From: Candidatus Latescibacterota bacterium
GTDB taxonomy: Bacteria; Latescibacterota; UBA2968; UBA8231
Length of the DNA: 64,000 nucleotides
Reading direction: 5' to 3'
NCBI GenBank assembly: GCA_965248265.1
Contig: CBDFJF010000001.1
Coordinates: forward strand, 96,001-160,000
Made by a program: the position numbers and the translations under genes. Below are positions 46,572-56,622 of the stretch, piece by piece. Numbering within the stretch: position 1 is the first letter of the stretch; every line of letters starts with the position of its first letter. Under the pieces are notes generated by a model. That model worked only from the letters and a program-made list of their open reading frames with translations, was not told the origin of the DNA and searched no databases.

Positions 46572-48224
46572 TCAATCGGCCAAAAGACTATCCGGTAGCG
46601 CTTCGGCAAGACGGGACTCGTACACCCTGACCTCGGCGGCGTATTTGTCACGCAACTGCGCCAGCAACGCCTCCATGCCTTCTTTCGCTTTTTCCACGAG
46701 CAGCGTCGCCGTAGCCTGTCTCTTCGCCGTACCATACGGTTGCACCGTCCGCGGCTCCACGCTCAGCACTTTGAATACCGACCATCCCCCTTTCACTTCG
46801 ATGGGGCCGACGATCTCTCCCTCGGGCGCTGCCATGATGGCCGACAAAAGCCGGGGATAGAGAGCACTTTGGCGATAATGAAAGTGAAATCGGCCGGTGG
46901 ACTCCCGGGCCCCCTCCCTCAAGCTGCTGATCGTGAAGTCCTCCCAAGGCTCTCCCGCTGCCAGCCGCCGATGCACCTCCAGCGCCTCGTCCTTGGTCAG
47001 CAACAGCACCTCCTTGATATATGCCGAAAACTCGGTCATGAAGAATTCGGGGTTGCTGTCGTAATACTGCTTCACTTGCTCCTCGGATAGGCCTACGCGC
47101 TCGGGTGCGACGGACTTCCTGATCATTTCGAGCAGGGCTTTCTTCGCGGTTTTCTCCTCGAACTCGCGGACCTCAGGTCTGTCGTACAACCCGGCCTGCC
47201 GGGCCGCTGCGTCGAACAGGGCGGGACGGAGGACTGCCACCTCGAGGGTGGAGACGGCCTTTGCGCTGTCCGCCAGCTGTCGGAAATGGTCCGGCCGCTG
47301 CATGACTTCGTAGGCCTCGGCAACCGTTACCTCGCCGCCCTCAAATCCGTACAGTACGACCCCGCTTTTTTCCAGTCCAGTGGTCTCCTTCGTGCGATAG
47401 GCCTCCCGCAGTTCCGTCAGTCCCCCCGGATGAAGCCTGACCCCAAAGGACTCCCTGAGCGATTCGAAGTGCTCCGCTTCCAGCTGAGACATCATGTCAC
47501 CCAGGAGGTGAGACCTTGCCGCGCCCCGGTATCTCTCAAACGGTACCGGGCGCTCTTGTGTGAATCGGAGGACGGACCAACTGTTGTCCACAGGCTGAGG
47601 TTTTGAGACCTCACCCAGGGGCAGAGAGACAAAGAGATCCAGCGGGATGCCGACCGACCCTACTCTGTACCGGTCCACCCACGTATAGTGCCCTCCCTGG
47701 CTGGCGGCGCGCTCCTCCGTGGAATACTCACGGGCGACTTCCTCGAAAGGACGACCCGCCTCCAGTTCACCCACGACCTTGTCGATGTCTGCCCGAGTAT
47801 CCACCACAATCGCGGTGAACCAGCGTTCGATCTGGAAACCGTGATGGGCGGAGAATGCGCGCAGCTCATCCTCCGTGACCTCGATTCTTGACAGGATTTT
47901 GTCATGGCGGTAACGCGCCCGCACCTTCGTGGCAACCGCATTCCGGACCGACTCCCGCACCGTCAAGGTCGTGTCCAGGCCACGGGATCTGGCCTCCATC
48001 AGCAACAGGCGGCCGTCTACGAGGGACTGCAGGTAGTGTCGCCGTGCTGCCTCGCCTGTCTTCTCTGTGCGCAATCCCGGCGCCAAGCCGCTGACGAATT
48101 CTCGCAAGGCGGTGGGCGTGATCTCGTGCGATCCCACCACGGCCACCACGTCATCTGGCTCCGGTCGACTGCAGCAGGCCAGGAAGCTCGCGAAAACGGC
48201 GATGCCGAGCCGGAAGTAAACCAT
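46572..48224 (-). CDS. Parvulin-type peptidyl-prolyl isomerase lipoprotein with two rotamase domains (SurA/PrsA-like)
   Basis: Lipobox FLACC; VVAVVGSHEIT; FEEVAREYS...GGH..W, GEVSKPQ; second domain GEIVGPIEVKGGWSVFKV. Confidence 0.85.
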   Translation of the reverse strand: MVYFRLGIAVFASFLACCSRPEPDDVVAVVGSHEITPTALREFVSGLAPGLRTEKTGEAARRHYLQSLVDGRLLLMEARSRGLDTTLTVRESVRNAVATKVRARYRHDKILSRIEVTEDELRAFSAHHGFQIERWFTAIVVDTRADIDKVVGELEAGRPFEEVAREYSTEERAASQGGHYTWVDRYRVGSVGIPLDLFVSLPLGEVSKPQPVDNSWSVLRFTQERPVPFERYRGAARSHLLGDMMSQLEAEHFESLRESFGVRLHPGGLTELREAYRTKETTGLEKSGVVLYGFEGGEVTVAEAYEVMQRPDHFRQLADSAKAVSTLEVAVLRPALFDAAARQAGLYDRPEVREFEEKTAKKALLEMIRKSVAPERVGLSEEQVKQYYDSNPEFFMTEFSAYIKEVLLLTKDEALEVHRRLAAGEPWEDFTISSLREGARESTGRFHFHYRQSALYPRLLSAIMAAPEGEIVGPIEVKGGWSVFKVLSVEPRTVQPYGTAKRQATATLLVEKAKEGMEALLAQLRDKYAAEVRVYESRLAEALPDSLLAD

Positions 48225-48359
48225 GCTTGTGCTCTCCTCACGCGTGTGCGTGGACAGTTCCCCACCTGTTTGTCGAATGGTACTCCATATCACACCCTCA
48301 CACAACATGGTCGGCAGAGCGTCTTGTCCTGTGCGCGTAGCGAAACACCGACGCTGTCC

Positions 48360-48835
48360 TCAGCCATCCAGCAGTGTCCGCATCTCCTCCGCCACACCCT
48401 CCACCGCCGCCTCGAGAATGGCGCCGCCCTTGGCGGTCGTCGCCTTCTGCGCGTTCTCGTAGTTCAGAGAGTCGGCGCGAATGCGCTCCGGGAACACGGC
48501 CATGGCGAAGGAGGTTTCGAACTCTCCGGCGTGGCCCCCCGAGCGCTCCAGCTCCAGGTTCGCCTCGTACCACTCCTGGCTGATCGTCTCCCAGTAGGAC
48601 ACGTAGCTCACGCCCATGGCGTCGAGCCGGGCCATGGTATCCGGCGCCACGGCCGCCATTTTCTCGCGCTTGTTTCCCCCGTGACCGTTGACGACCATCA
48701 CCCTCGCCACTCCGAGCCGCACCAGGCTGTCGCACACGTCGTGGACCGTCTCCACGTGGATCTCGGGGCGCACCGTCAAGGCGCCACCCCGCGCCATATG
48801 GTGCTCCGACACCCTCATCGGAATGGTCGGGGCCG
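48360..48835 (-). pseudogene. 5'-truncated creatininase-family gene, paralogue of 15084..15764
   Basis: VSEHHMARGGALTVRPEIH, VNGHGGNK, GHAGEFETSFAM match the 15-kb gene; the N-terminal GATEQH..HL..DT segment is missing. Confidence 0.75.
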
Positions 48836-48934
48836 TGCACCGGTCTGGTTGACGGGGTCTGCAAATCTGTTCCTCACGGACCGTACAACGCCAGCGTCTA
48901 CGCGTACAGCGGCGAGGCCGGCTACGGACTGGCA

Positions 48935-51823
48935 CTAGCGCCGGCGCGCGGAAAGCAGGCGCTCCAGCTCTCTGCGAGTCGCGGTCCGCGTCGAATCGAC
49001 TTCGAGGGCTGCTCTGTAGGCGTCGATGGCCTCATCCATCTTGCCCTGGGCCGCATAGACCTCACCGAGGTTGCTGAGGGTCGGGGCCAGTTCCGGTCTC
49101 AACCGTATGGCCCTCTGGTAGGTCTGCACGGCGGCTTCGAGTAGCCCCGACTCGAAATACGCCCGCCCCAAATCACTCAGGGCCTCCACGAGGCTCGGGT
49201 CGACTTCACCGGCTTTGATGTAGGCCTCTATGGCCCGCTCGAGATACCCCTTGTAGTGGAACGCTGCACCCATTCCATAGTGCGCCATACCGTGGCCGGG
49301 ATCGAGCTTGACGGCCTTCGCGAATGAGGCGAGGGCCGCGTCGAAACGCCCCTGCTTGACGTAGGCCCGGCCCAGGCGGTAGTGCCATTCCGTTACATCC
49401 GCGTACTGCTTGATCTTGTCCGTGTACAGGTCCACCTGGTCCTGCACACGCTGCAGCCGTTCGAAAATCCGTTGCTCCCGTTCAGACGTTTCGCGTTGTC
49501 CTTCAATCTCGTACAACCGGACCAGCTGCAGGTGCGGCGCCGGCGCGTAGGGAGCCACCTTCACCGCCCTCTTGAACGCTTTCTCCGCGGCCGCCGTGTT
49601 CCTGAGGCGCAGATAAGCGAGTCCCATCCGAGCATGACTCTGCCAGGGCGATGGCTCCAGGGCGATGGACCGCTTCAGTGATTCTATGGCCCTTTCAGGC
49701 TCGTTGAGACCCAGATAGACCGCCCCCAGGAGCGCCTGGATTTCCGCCCACGAGGAGTCCTGTTGGACCGCCTCTTCGAGGACAGATGCGGCTTCCCGGG
49801 GCCTACCCAGTCCGGCATGGAGAGTGACCCCGAGGGCGTAGTAGGCCTCCATGTAGTCGTGACGCAGCTGAATCGCACCCCTCAGCCAACCCAGGGCCTC
49901 CTCGTGACGTCCCTGGTCGTAGAGCCCGGTGCCGCGTGCGTAATGCTCATCCGCCGTCAAGCTGGCGTCCACGACGTAGGCATTCGGCTCCTCCGGCTCG
50001 GGCTCCGGCGCCGATGTCGTGACCTCAATCGCGACACGCTGCTGCTTCGCTCCCGGCCCGGCGTACATCGCAATCACATTTTCCACACCCTCCCGCACTA
50101 CGAGATAGTTGCGCAGCTGTGGATCCTCCAGCACCTGCTGACTCCCCGATGGCCAGCGAATCTCCACGCGGTCTACCCGCTCTTTCCCGCCCAGACCGAA
50201 GATCAACCGCGGATCGTGCTGCGACTGGAACCCGTATCCGCGATGCACCTCCCGCACCTGAGCCAACGTGCCGGCCACCACCCGTACCCGCGCTCCGATC
50301 GCGTCCCGGTTGCTCTGAACGCCCTCGAGTTGCAGACCGAACCAGTTGTTGCCGTTGCCGCCGTCGTTTTGCAGCAAGGACGGCTTGTCGTTCAAGTTCA
50401 TCAGCAGCACATCCACGTCGCCATCGTTGTCGTAGTCCCCGAGAGCCGCGGCCCTAGTCACCTTGTCGATGGACCAGCCGGGACCGGCCTTCTGCCCCGC
50501 TTCGGCAAAGCGGCCGTGCTCATTGTGATGGAGTAAGTTGCGCTGCGCATAACGCATGCCGGAGGGGTACTCCTCCAGCTGCGGATACAGATGCCCGCAG
50601 GCTGTGAACAGGTCAAGCCAGCCGTCGTTGTCGTAGTCGAAAAAGCCGTTGCTCCAACACAACAGAGGGCGCACCCTCTCGAACAGGCCGGCAGCGAACG
50701 TCATGTCCGCGAAAGTGCCCTCGCCCTGGTTCTGGTAGAGGGTGTTCACGTCGTCGGAGAAGTTGCTGACTACCAGGTCCAGATCCCCGTCGTTATCGTA
50801 GTCACCGCTGGCCACGCCCATGCCGGCCTGGCTCCTGCCGTCTTCGCTGTAGGCGACGCCGGCCACAACCCCAATCTCCGGCAATTGCCAGTCCCCGTCG
50901 TTGCGCAAAAGCAGATTGGGCGCCGTATCATTGGCCACGTAGATGTCGAGATCCCCGTCATCGTCGTAGTCGCCGAAGACTACCCCGAGTCCCGGATGGG
51001 CGACCCGGTCCAAGCCTGTGGCCGCGCTCATGTCCGTGAAGCTGCCGTCCTTGTTGTTGCGGTAGAGTACGTCCGGTTGGTGCGGCATGGCATCGGGACC
51101 GGCCATGACCTCGAGTCCCTTGTAGAGTGCGACACCCGGCGGGTTCGCCAGGTCGAACCCGAGATAGTTGGTGACGTACAGATCGACAAAGCCATCCCCG
51201 TCCACATCCCCGAAGGCCGCGCTCGATCCCCATCTCTCATCGGCCACACCGGCGCTCTCGGCGAGCTCGACGAAGCCGCCATCACCGTCGTTGCGATAGA
51301 GCCGGTTGGGTCCCCAGTAGGTCACGTAGAGGTCGGGATCCCCGTCATTGTCGTAGTCTCCCACGGCACAACCCATCCCCCAGCCGGTATGGCCGACGCC
51401 GGCCTCTTCTGTCACCTCCCGGAAGACCCGCCTTTGCTCGCCCTCCCGTCCTGGCGCTGCTCGATTGTGGTACAGTCTGTTCGTAGCACCTTCCACAGGA
51501 CCGTCCAGCCTCGTGCCGTTGACGACGAACAGATCCAGCCACCCGTCGACGTCGTAGTCCAGGAAGGCGGCCCCGGCCGACATGCTTTCCAGCACGTACA
51601 TCTGAGTCGGGCCGCCAGACACGTTCTCGAAATCCAGTCCCGCCTCCTCGCTCACATCCACGAACTGGACGTGCCCCTGTGTCGACACGCCATCCATCCC
51701 GCCGTCGTCCTGCCCCGAGCGTTTGGAACAACCCGGGACGAGGATAAGGCCGATAGTGATTATGTACAGCCTCTCAAGTAATTGCCGTCTGTAAGCGCAA
51801 CGACTCACGAGGCCGTGTGCCAT
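48935..51823 (-). CDS. CRTAC1/ASPIC-UnbV FG-GAP protein fused to C-terminal TPRs, probable lipoprotein
   Basis: FVDVSEEAGL, repeated GDYDNDGD, NRDAIGARV, FGLG...EIRWPSG, about 9 TPRs; LVPGC lipobox; true start may lie downstream of 51823. Confidence 0.9.
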   Translation of the reverse strand: MAHGLVSRCAYRRQLLERLYIITIGLILVPGCSKRSGQDDGGMDGVSTQGHVQFVDVSEEAGLDFENVSGGPTQMYVLESMSAGAAFLDYDVDGWLDLFVVNGTRLDGPVEGATNRLYHNRAAPGREGEQRRVFREVTEEAGVGHTGWGMGCAVGDYDNDGDPDLYVTYWGPNRLYRNDGDGGFVELAESAGVADERWGSSAAFGDVDGDGFVDLYVTNYLGFDLANPPGVALYKGLEVMAGPDAMPHQPDVLYRNNKDGSFTDMSAATGLDRVAHPGLGVVFGDYDDDGDLDIYVANDTAPNLLLRNDGDWQLPEIGVVAGVAYSEDGRSQAGMGVASGDYDNDGDLDLVVSNFSDDVNTLYQNQGEGTFADMTFAAGLFERVRPLLCWSNGFFDYDNDGWLDLFTACGHLYPQLEEYPSGMRYAQRNLLHHNEHGRFAEAGQKAGPGWSIDKVTRAAALGDYDNDGDVDVLLMNLNDKPSLLQNDGGNGNNWFGLQLEGVQSNRDAIGARVRVVAGTLAQVREVHRGYGFQSQHDPRLIFGLGGKERVDRVEIRWPSGSQQVLEDPQLRNYLVVREGVENVIAMYAGPGAKQQRVAIEVTTSAPEPEPEEPNAYVVDASLTADEHYARGTGLYDQGRHEEALGWLRGAIQLRHDYMEAYYALGVTLHAGLGRPREAASVLEEAVQQDSSWAEIQALLGAVYLGLNEPERAIESLKRSIALEPSPWQSHARMGLAYLRLRNTAAAEKAFKRAVKVAPYAPAPHLQLVRLYEIEGQRETSEREQRIFERLQRVQDQVDLYTDKIKQYADVTEWHYRLGRAYVKQGRFDAALASFAKAVKLDPGHGMAHYGMGAAFHYKGYLERAIEAYIKAGEVDPSLVEALSDLGRAYFESGLLEAAVQTYQRAIRLRPELAPTLSNLGEVYAAQGKMDEAIDAYRAALEVDSTRTATRRELERLLSARRR

Positions 51824-51946
51824 GTGTGACAGTCGCGATGTCCGATGGTTTGTGTGGTCGTGATGGGGATGCAGCGGTGTCGGGCCGGCTTGTCTCAGGC
51901 GGCAAAGTCGAGCTTGTCTCGCGGATGCGGCCGTGGCAGAAGATAC

Positions 51947-54867
51947 TTATCCGCTTTGAAGAGTTGCTTGGCCATTCTCAAAAATAGACTCCAGCCATTG
52001 CCAATAGGCTTTCATCTCATCCTGGTGCTTCTCAGACCTGCTCACCAAAAGCATATAGGAGTCAAAAACCTCTCTGGCCCCTTCTTTTTCGTTCATTTTA
52101 AACAATAAATATAACCTCAGCTGATAAGACTTCTCTTTATAGGTCCAATATCTTCCGAGAATCTCATAAAACTGCACGGCCAATGCGAATTGACGCTGTA
52201 CAATCATGCCCGTTGCCAAGTGATTTGTCATATTCAGTAGTTCCTCCACAACATTGACTCGTTTTTCCCTCTTTTCCAGCGCGATAAGCTCAGCCAGTGC
52301 CTTAGGTGCTTGACCATAACTCATGTTTTCTTCATTCAGCACCTCTACTAATATGCGTTGAATAAACACATCGGAATTCAGCAAAGAGAAAATTTCGTAA
52401 TCTGTAGTATGCGGATTTGATAAGATCCAGTGCAGTTTTTCAATTCTTTTAAATGGTGTTTCATGGTTTAAGTTATGGATAGTACGCTTGGCTGAGAAAT
52501 GTGGCCTCGTCTTTTGCTGTATCTCTTGTGGCCAAATAAGATCAATATCTTTACTATCAAGAAAGATATTCACAATGGACGGATCTGCTATAAACGGGCT
52601 ATAAACCTGCGCCATTTGTTTCTTGGATTGCTCCATATCAATTGATAATCGTTTCGGATAATTATCCGTCAGCGGTTTTGCGTTCTCCAGCCATTGTTCA
52701 ATGCGTGCTCGATCCGCGATAAAATTTGATCCTAATTCCTCTGGAGAGTGCATACCCAATGCTCTCATTTCAAGGGATACTTCTTTGTCTTTCCACTGTC
52801 TCACAAACTGCTCCAATGGGACTGACCTTTTCGGCCTCTTGATTCCAACCATCATCCAATTGTAACCGCCGCCATCCCATAATGTGCAATGTTCAAAGAC
52901 ATTGCAAAATCCTCTGAGAATAGATTTGCTGCTTGTCAAACTCATTTGCGTTACCGGCAGCCAATAGGTCACGATTCCCTGATCGTTAAGTTTATCGTAA
53001 GCAAGCTGAAAATAATCCTCCGTATATAAATTATCTATCCCCTTATATGGTGGTGGTGGCGGCTCGCCTGTGATCAAATCGTACTTTTTCTTCGTAGTCT
53101 GTAAAAAGAACCTTCCATCCTCAACATGAACAGTAACACGCGGATCATGAACCGGATTATCTTTATTTTTCGGAAAAATATGCTTGCTCATCCTAAAGAC
53201 ATCATTTGATATATCAACAAAATCTATCTCTTCAATAGACTTAGTGTCCGTCAAGGCTTTGGCTGTTTGTCCGGCTCCAAAGCAGATAAGAGCTGCCCTC
53301 TCAATATGTGGATGAATGGCAACAGGCAAATAGACATACATCTTCATATAACGCCTGGGTAAGAAGCGCGTCGACGACATAGGGTGTCCATTCGTAATCA
53401 ATCGGACATAATGTGTAAATCCGAAAAATGATCTTCTCAAATATTGAATGGTTTCCGTCAATCCTTCCCTGACAGCAATACGCCTCTCACCGAGCTGCTT
53501 GTATGTCTTGGTGGGAATATCAAGATACTTTTCAATGGTGCCATGAGGGAAAAATATAAGTATCGGCGCAATACACACGGCATAAACCTTGAGGGTATTC
53601 TCTATACTCAGATAGTTCCCCTTAAGCTCAAACATGCTTCCTGCCAACAGAACATAACCAACTCCAAGAATGATAAGGGATGTCTCTATTCCGAATTGTG
53701 GAACAAAAACACTCCCGGCAACAAGCGCACCAATCATACTTCCGAAAGTATTACAAAATGTTAGCACACCCGTTGCAGCCGCATCATTGTTAACATGTTT
53801 GTGTATCAATTGTCCCAGTAGGGGAAATACTATTCCTGAACAGATGGCAATGGGACAGGCAAGAAAGAGCGCCGTTATGACAATACCGAAAGGATGGGTT
53901 TTGGGCACATTGCTATAGACCCACGTAAAAATGTGGATATATCCTACATATGTCAGAATGACGAAAATTCCTGCACTAAGGAGGCTATAGCTTACCGCGT
54001 TTTTTAGTGATACCATCTTGCTCAATTTTGATCCAACAAATCCCCCAATACTTATCCCTAATAACACGACAGCCAAGATTATAGCAAAGAATAAGCTGAA
54101 GGCATTCATAGACAATAGCATAAATCGAATCCAGATCATCTCTAGCGCTAAGAAAATTAAACCTGAGAAAAAACTGACAACAAGGATTCTTAAAGGAAGG
54201 TCTTTTTTCAATCGCAGGAAATGAATATGAACTTTTTCCTTTTGTTCAACTATCCTTTTCCCAAATTGAATAAATACAACTAGAGCTATTATCAGATTTA
54301 TACTCACAGCCACCAAGCCCGATCCAAAAATACCTAAGAGCTGCACTAAAGATAATTCCGGAACCAGTACTCCGACGACAGCCCCTAAAGTATTCAATCC
54401 ATACAATAGGCCTAGGGACGATCCAAAATCTTTTCTAAAATCATTCAGCGCAGCTACGAATACAGGCAATGTCGCTCCCATAGCCGTCGTCGGAACAAGC
54501 AACAAGCCGAAGGCAAGAAGAAATCTTAGTGAGTTCAGCTTTATTGGTTGATCTAAGAATTGTTGAAAGAGTTGGGCAAAAGATTGATTAAGGAGTGGAA
54601 AAAATATGAGAATACACAGTGCGCTGGCTGCAATAATGATCTCAAGAACACCATAAAGAAATAACGGCCTTTTGATCCTCTGGCCCCAAATCATCGTCGC
54701 TAAATTTCCCAGGGCTATCCCGCCCATAAAGCTTGCCAAGACAATGGCAGCCGCCCAGACACTATTGCCGAAGACGAGCCCTGTTAATCGAAACCAGATA
54801 TATTCATAAATGAGTGCAGCCACACCGGAGAGCAAAAAATGATGTAGAGGGAAATGCGATTAGTCAT
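51947..54867 (-). CDS. AT-rich fused MFS/spermidine-synthase-like gene, frameshift in a T6 run near the 5' end
   Basis: LSGVAALIYE, MGATLP, YGLNTLGA, CFGAGQT, EDGRFFL, YDLITGEPPPP, NLYTEDYF; ATG 54867 joins ORF 51947..54835 if one T is added at 54834-54839. Confidence 0.85.
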
Positions 54868-54900
54868 GAATAAAAAGTTGCTGATTGCTAGTGGATAGTT

Positions 54901-55200
54901 TGTACAGTGATAGTAATTGCCTGACAGTCGCCCTGCTCGGGCGAATGGTTAGGCTGCCGTGTTTTGGGTGTTTTCGACTCCTTGTTTGGCGGGATTCCAG
55001 CCCCTTCTTGAATGCGGCCGAAGGTCATGCCGTTCATGTTCCGGCCCTGATGCGAATGCTTTTCGTCGTACTTGACGAGGAAAACATCCAGGTCTTTCTG
55101 CATGTCGTCAACGGTCTCGTACCACGTCTTGCGTCCGACTACACGAATGCTCGTCGAGTAGGGTCCCCGGCGGCGAAAACGGACCCGAGGTGCGGTCCAA
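54901..55200 (-). mobile_element. IS481-family remnant: right inverted repeat plus transposase C-terminus
   Basis: RVVGRKTWYETVDDMQKDLDVFLVKYDEKHSHQGRNMNG resembles IS481 C-termini; terminal TGTACAGTGATAGTAATTGCCTGACA at 54901-54926. Confidence 0.7.
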
Positions 55201-55334
55201 GTCCACCCATCATCCCTGTCCTCATCGACTGTCCTGGTGCCAGTTACTGGCGCGCGTGTTTTCGATTGACGTTTCAGAATGTCCCGACTGGGGGTGCAGA
55301 TGAAAGGGAAGTTTGCCAAAGGCAAGCTTTGAGA

Positions 55335-55445
55335 GACCGGTCTCCATTGTTGCTACCCTGACGGACCCCGCCTCGATTCGGTCATACCTCGAGGGCATCG
55401 GCCGGGGCGACCGCCACCTACCGCACCCGCACGACCTTCGCCCAG
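55335..55445 (+). mobile_element. Tiny transposase (IS91-like C-terminal) and integrase remnants
   Basis: IVATLTDPASIRSYLEGIG then PHPHDLR; short motif similarity only. Confidence 0.35.
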
Positions 55446-55644
55446 CACGAGCTCGATTAGGTGCAGCACCGGATTGTGTGCACGGGCGCGCCAGCTGCAA
55501 GGTGAGGCCGGTGTCCCGTAGCCGTTTGTCACGTTTGAGGCAGCTCGTCACTGCACATAATTCGAAGGGGTCGTAGGCTGTCTCTACCGCGCGATTGACG
55601 CGGGAAAGGAGGCAGCTATGACACTCGAAGACATCGTGCGCTCA

Positions 55645-56133
55645 CCCGAGCCGCTATCACCAGCCTGGTCGCTCGGGCTTTTGCCAAGACGGGCGTGCCC
55701 TCGCCCCACCACGGTCCTCATGCCCTGCGTCATGCCTGGGCCACACGCATGCTTGAAGAGGGCGCCCACTCAAGACCATCGCCGATCTACTCGGCCACCG
55801 CAGCTTGGAGACCACTCGCATCTACACGAAGGTAAATGTAGGCCAGCTACGCACGGTGTCCTTGCCGTGGCCGGAGGAGGTGGTCTCATGAGCCGTCCGA
55901 CATTCACCAGCGCGCTGGCCCCCACCCTCCGGTCTTTCACCGAAACGCGACAGGCCCTCGGGTACGGCGACCGATACATCGTCGACAACCTTGCGCATTT
56001 CGACCGTTACCTCACGGCTCGCAGTTGGACGCTGGCGTATCTCACACGAGACGTGGTCGAAGACTGGGTCGCCTCGAACGCCGCCCTCAAGCCTCGCACC
56101 CGCGCCCTGCGCCTGCGTAGGTGGCGCCTGTGA
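55645..56133 (+). mobile_element. RIT-element remnant: C-terminus of one tyrosine recombinase overlapping (ATGA) the N-terminus of the next
   Basis: HGPHALRHAWATRMLEEG / frameshift / LKTIADLLGHRSLETTRIYTKV...SLPWPEEVVS*, then MSRPTFTSALAPTLRSFTETRQALGY...FDRYL from 55888. Confidence 0.75.
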
Positions 56134-56239
56134 AACGCTTCGCCAGACTCGCGACAGTGTGCTGAGTACTCGCGACACCGGCGCTCAGACCTTCTCCGCC
56201 AAAAAGGGTCTTTGTGCGTCCTATCCGTCTCACCGTCGC

Positions 56240-56430
56240 TGTCGTCGATGCACAGGCGCAGATCGCGCCGCGCCGCCAGCTCGGCCAGGGATTCCAGGGC
56301 ATGAGAGAAACGCGCCAGCGCCGTCGCACTCGTATCGAGACCGGGTACCAGGTACGCGGTGGAAGCCTGCAGGTGGGCCGCGTGGTCCAGCCCATGGACG
56401 GCGTGCTCGATCGCGGCGCCTTTGGAAGAC
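56240..56430 (-). pseudogene. Internal fragment resembling a sugar-phosphate isomerase/AP-endonuclease-2 TIM barrel
   Basis: AIEHAVHGLDHAAHLQASTAYLVPG...RFSHALESLAELAARRDLRLCID. Confidence 0.45.
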
Positions 56431-56622
56431 GTGCATCCGACGGCGGTAGAGGCTACGAACTGGGGACTCATCAAGGCTGCCGGTGCGCACCGTGTGCCTT
56501 GGGTGACAGTCGCGGTGTTTTTGTGTATTGTGTGACTGATGACAGAACGCACCTGGCTCGAAAATACTGTGTGCTGCGCCTATAGGCACGGCGCCATTTG
56601 ACGAAGGTCGTCAGTTGCAAGA

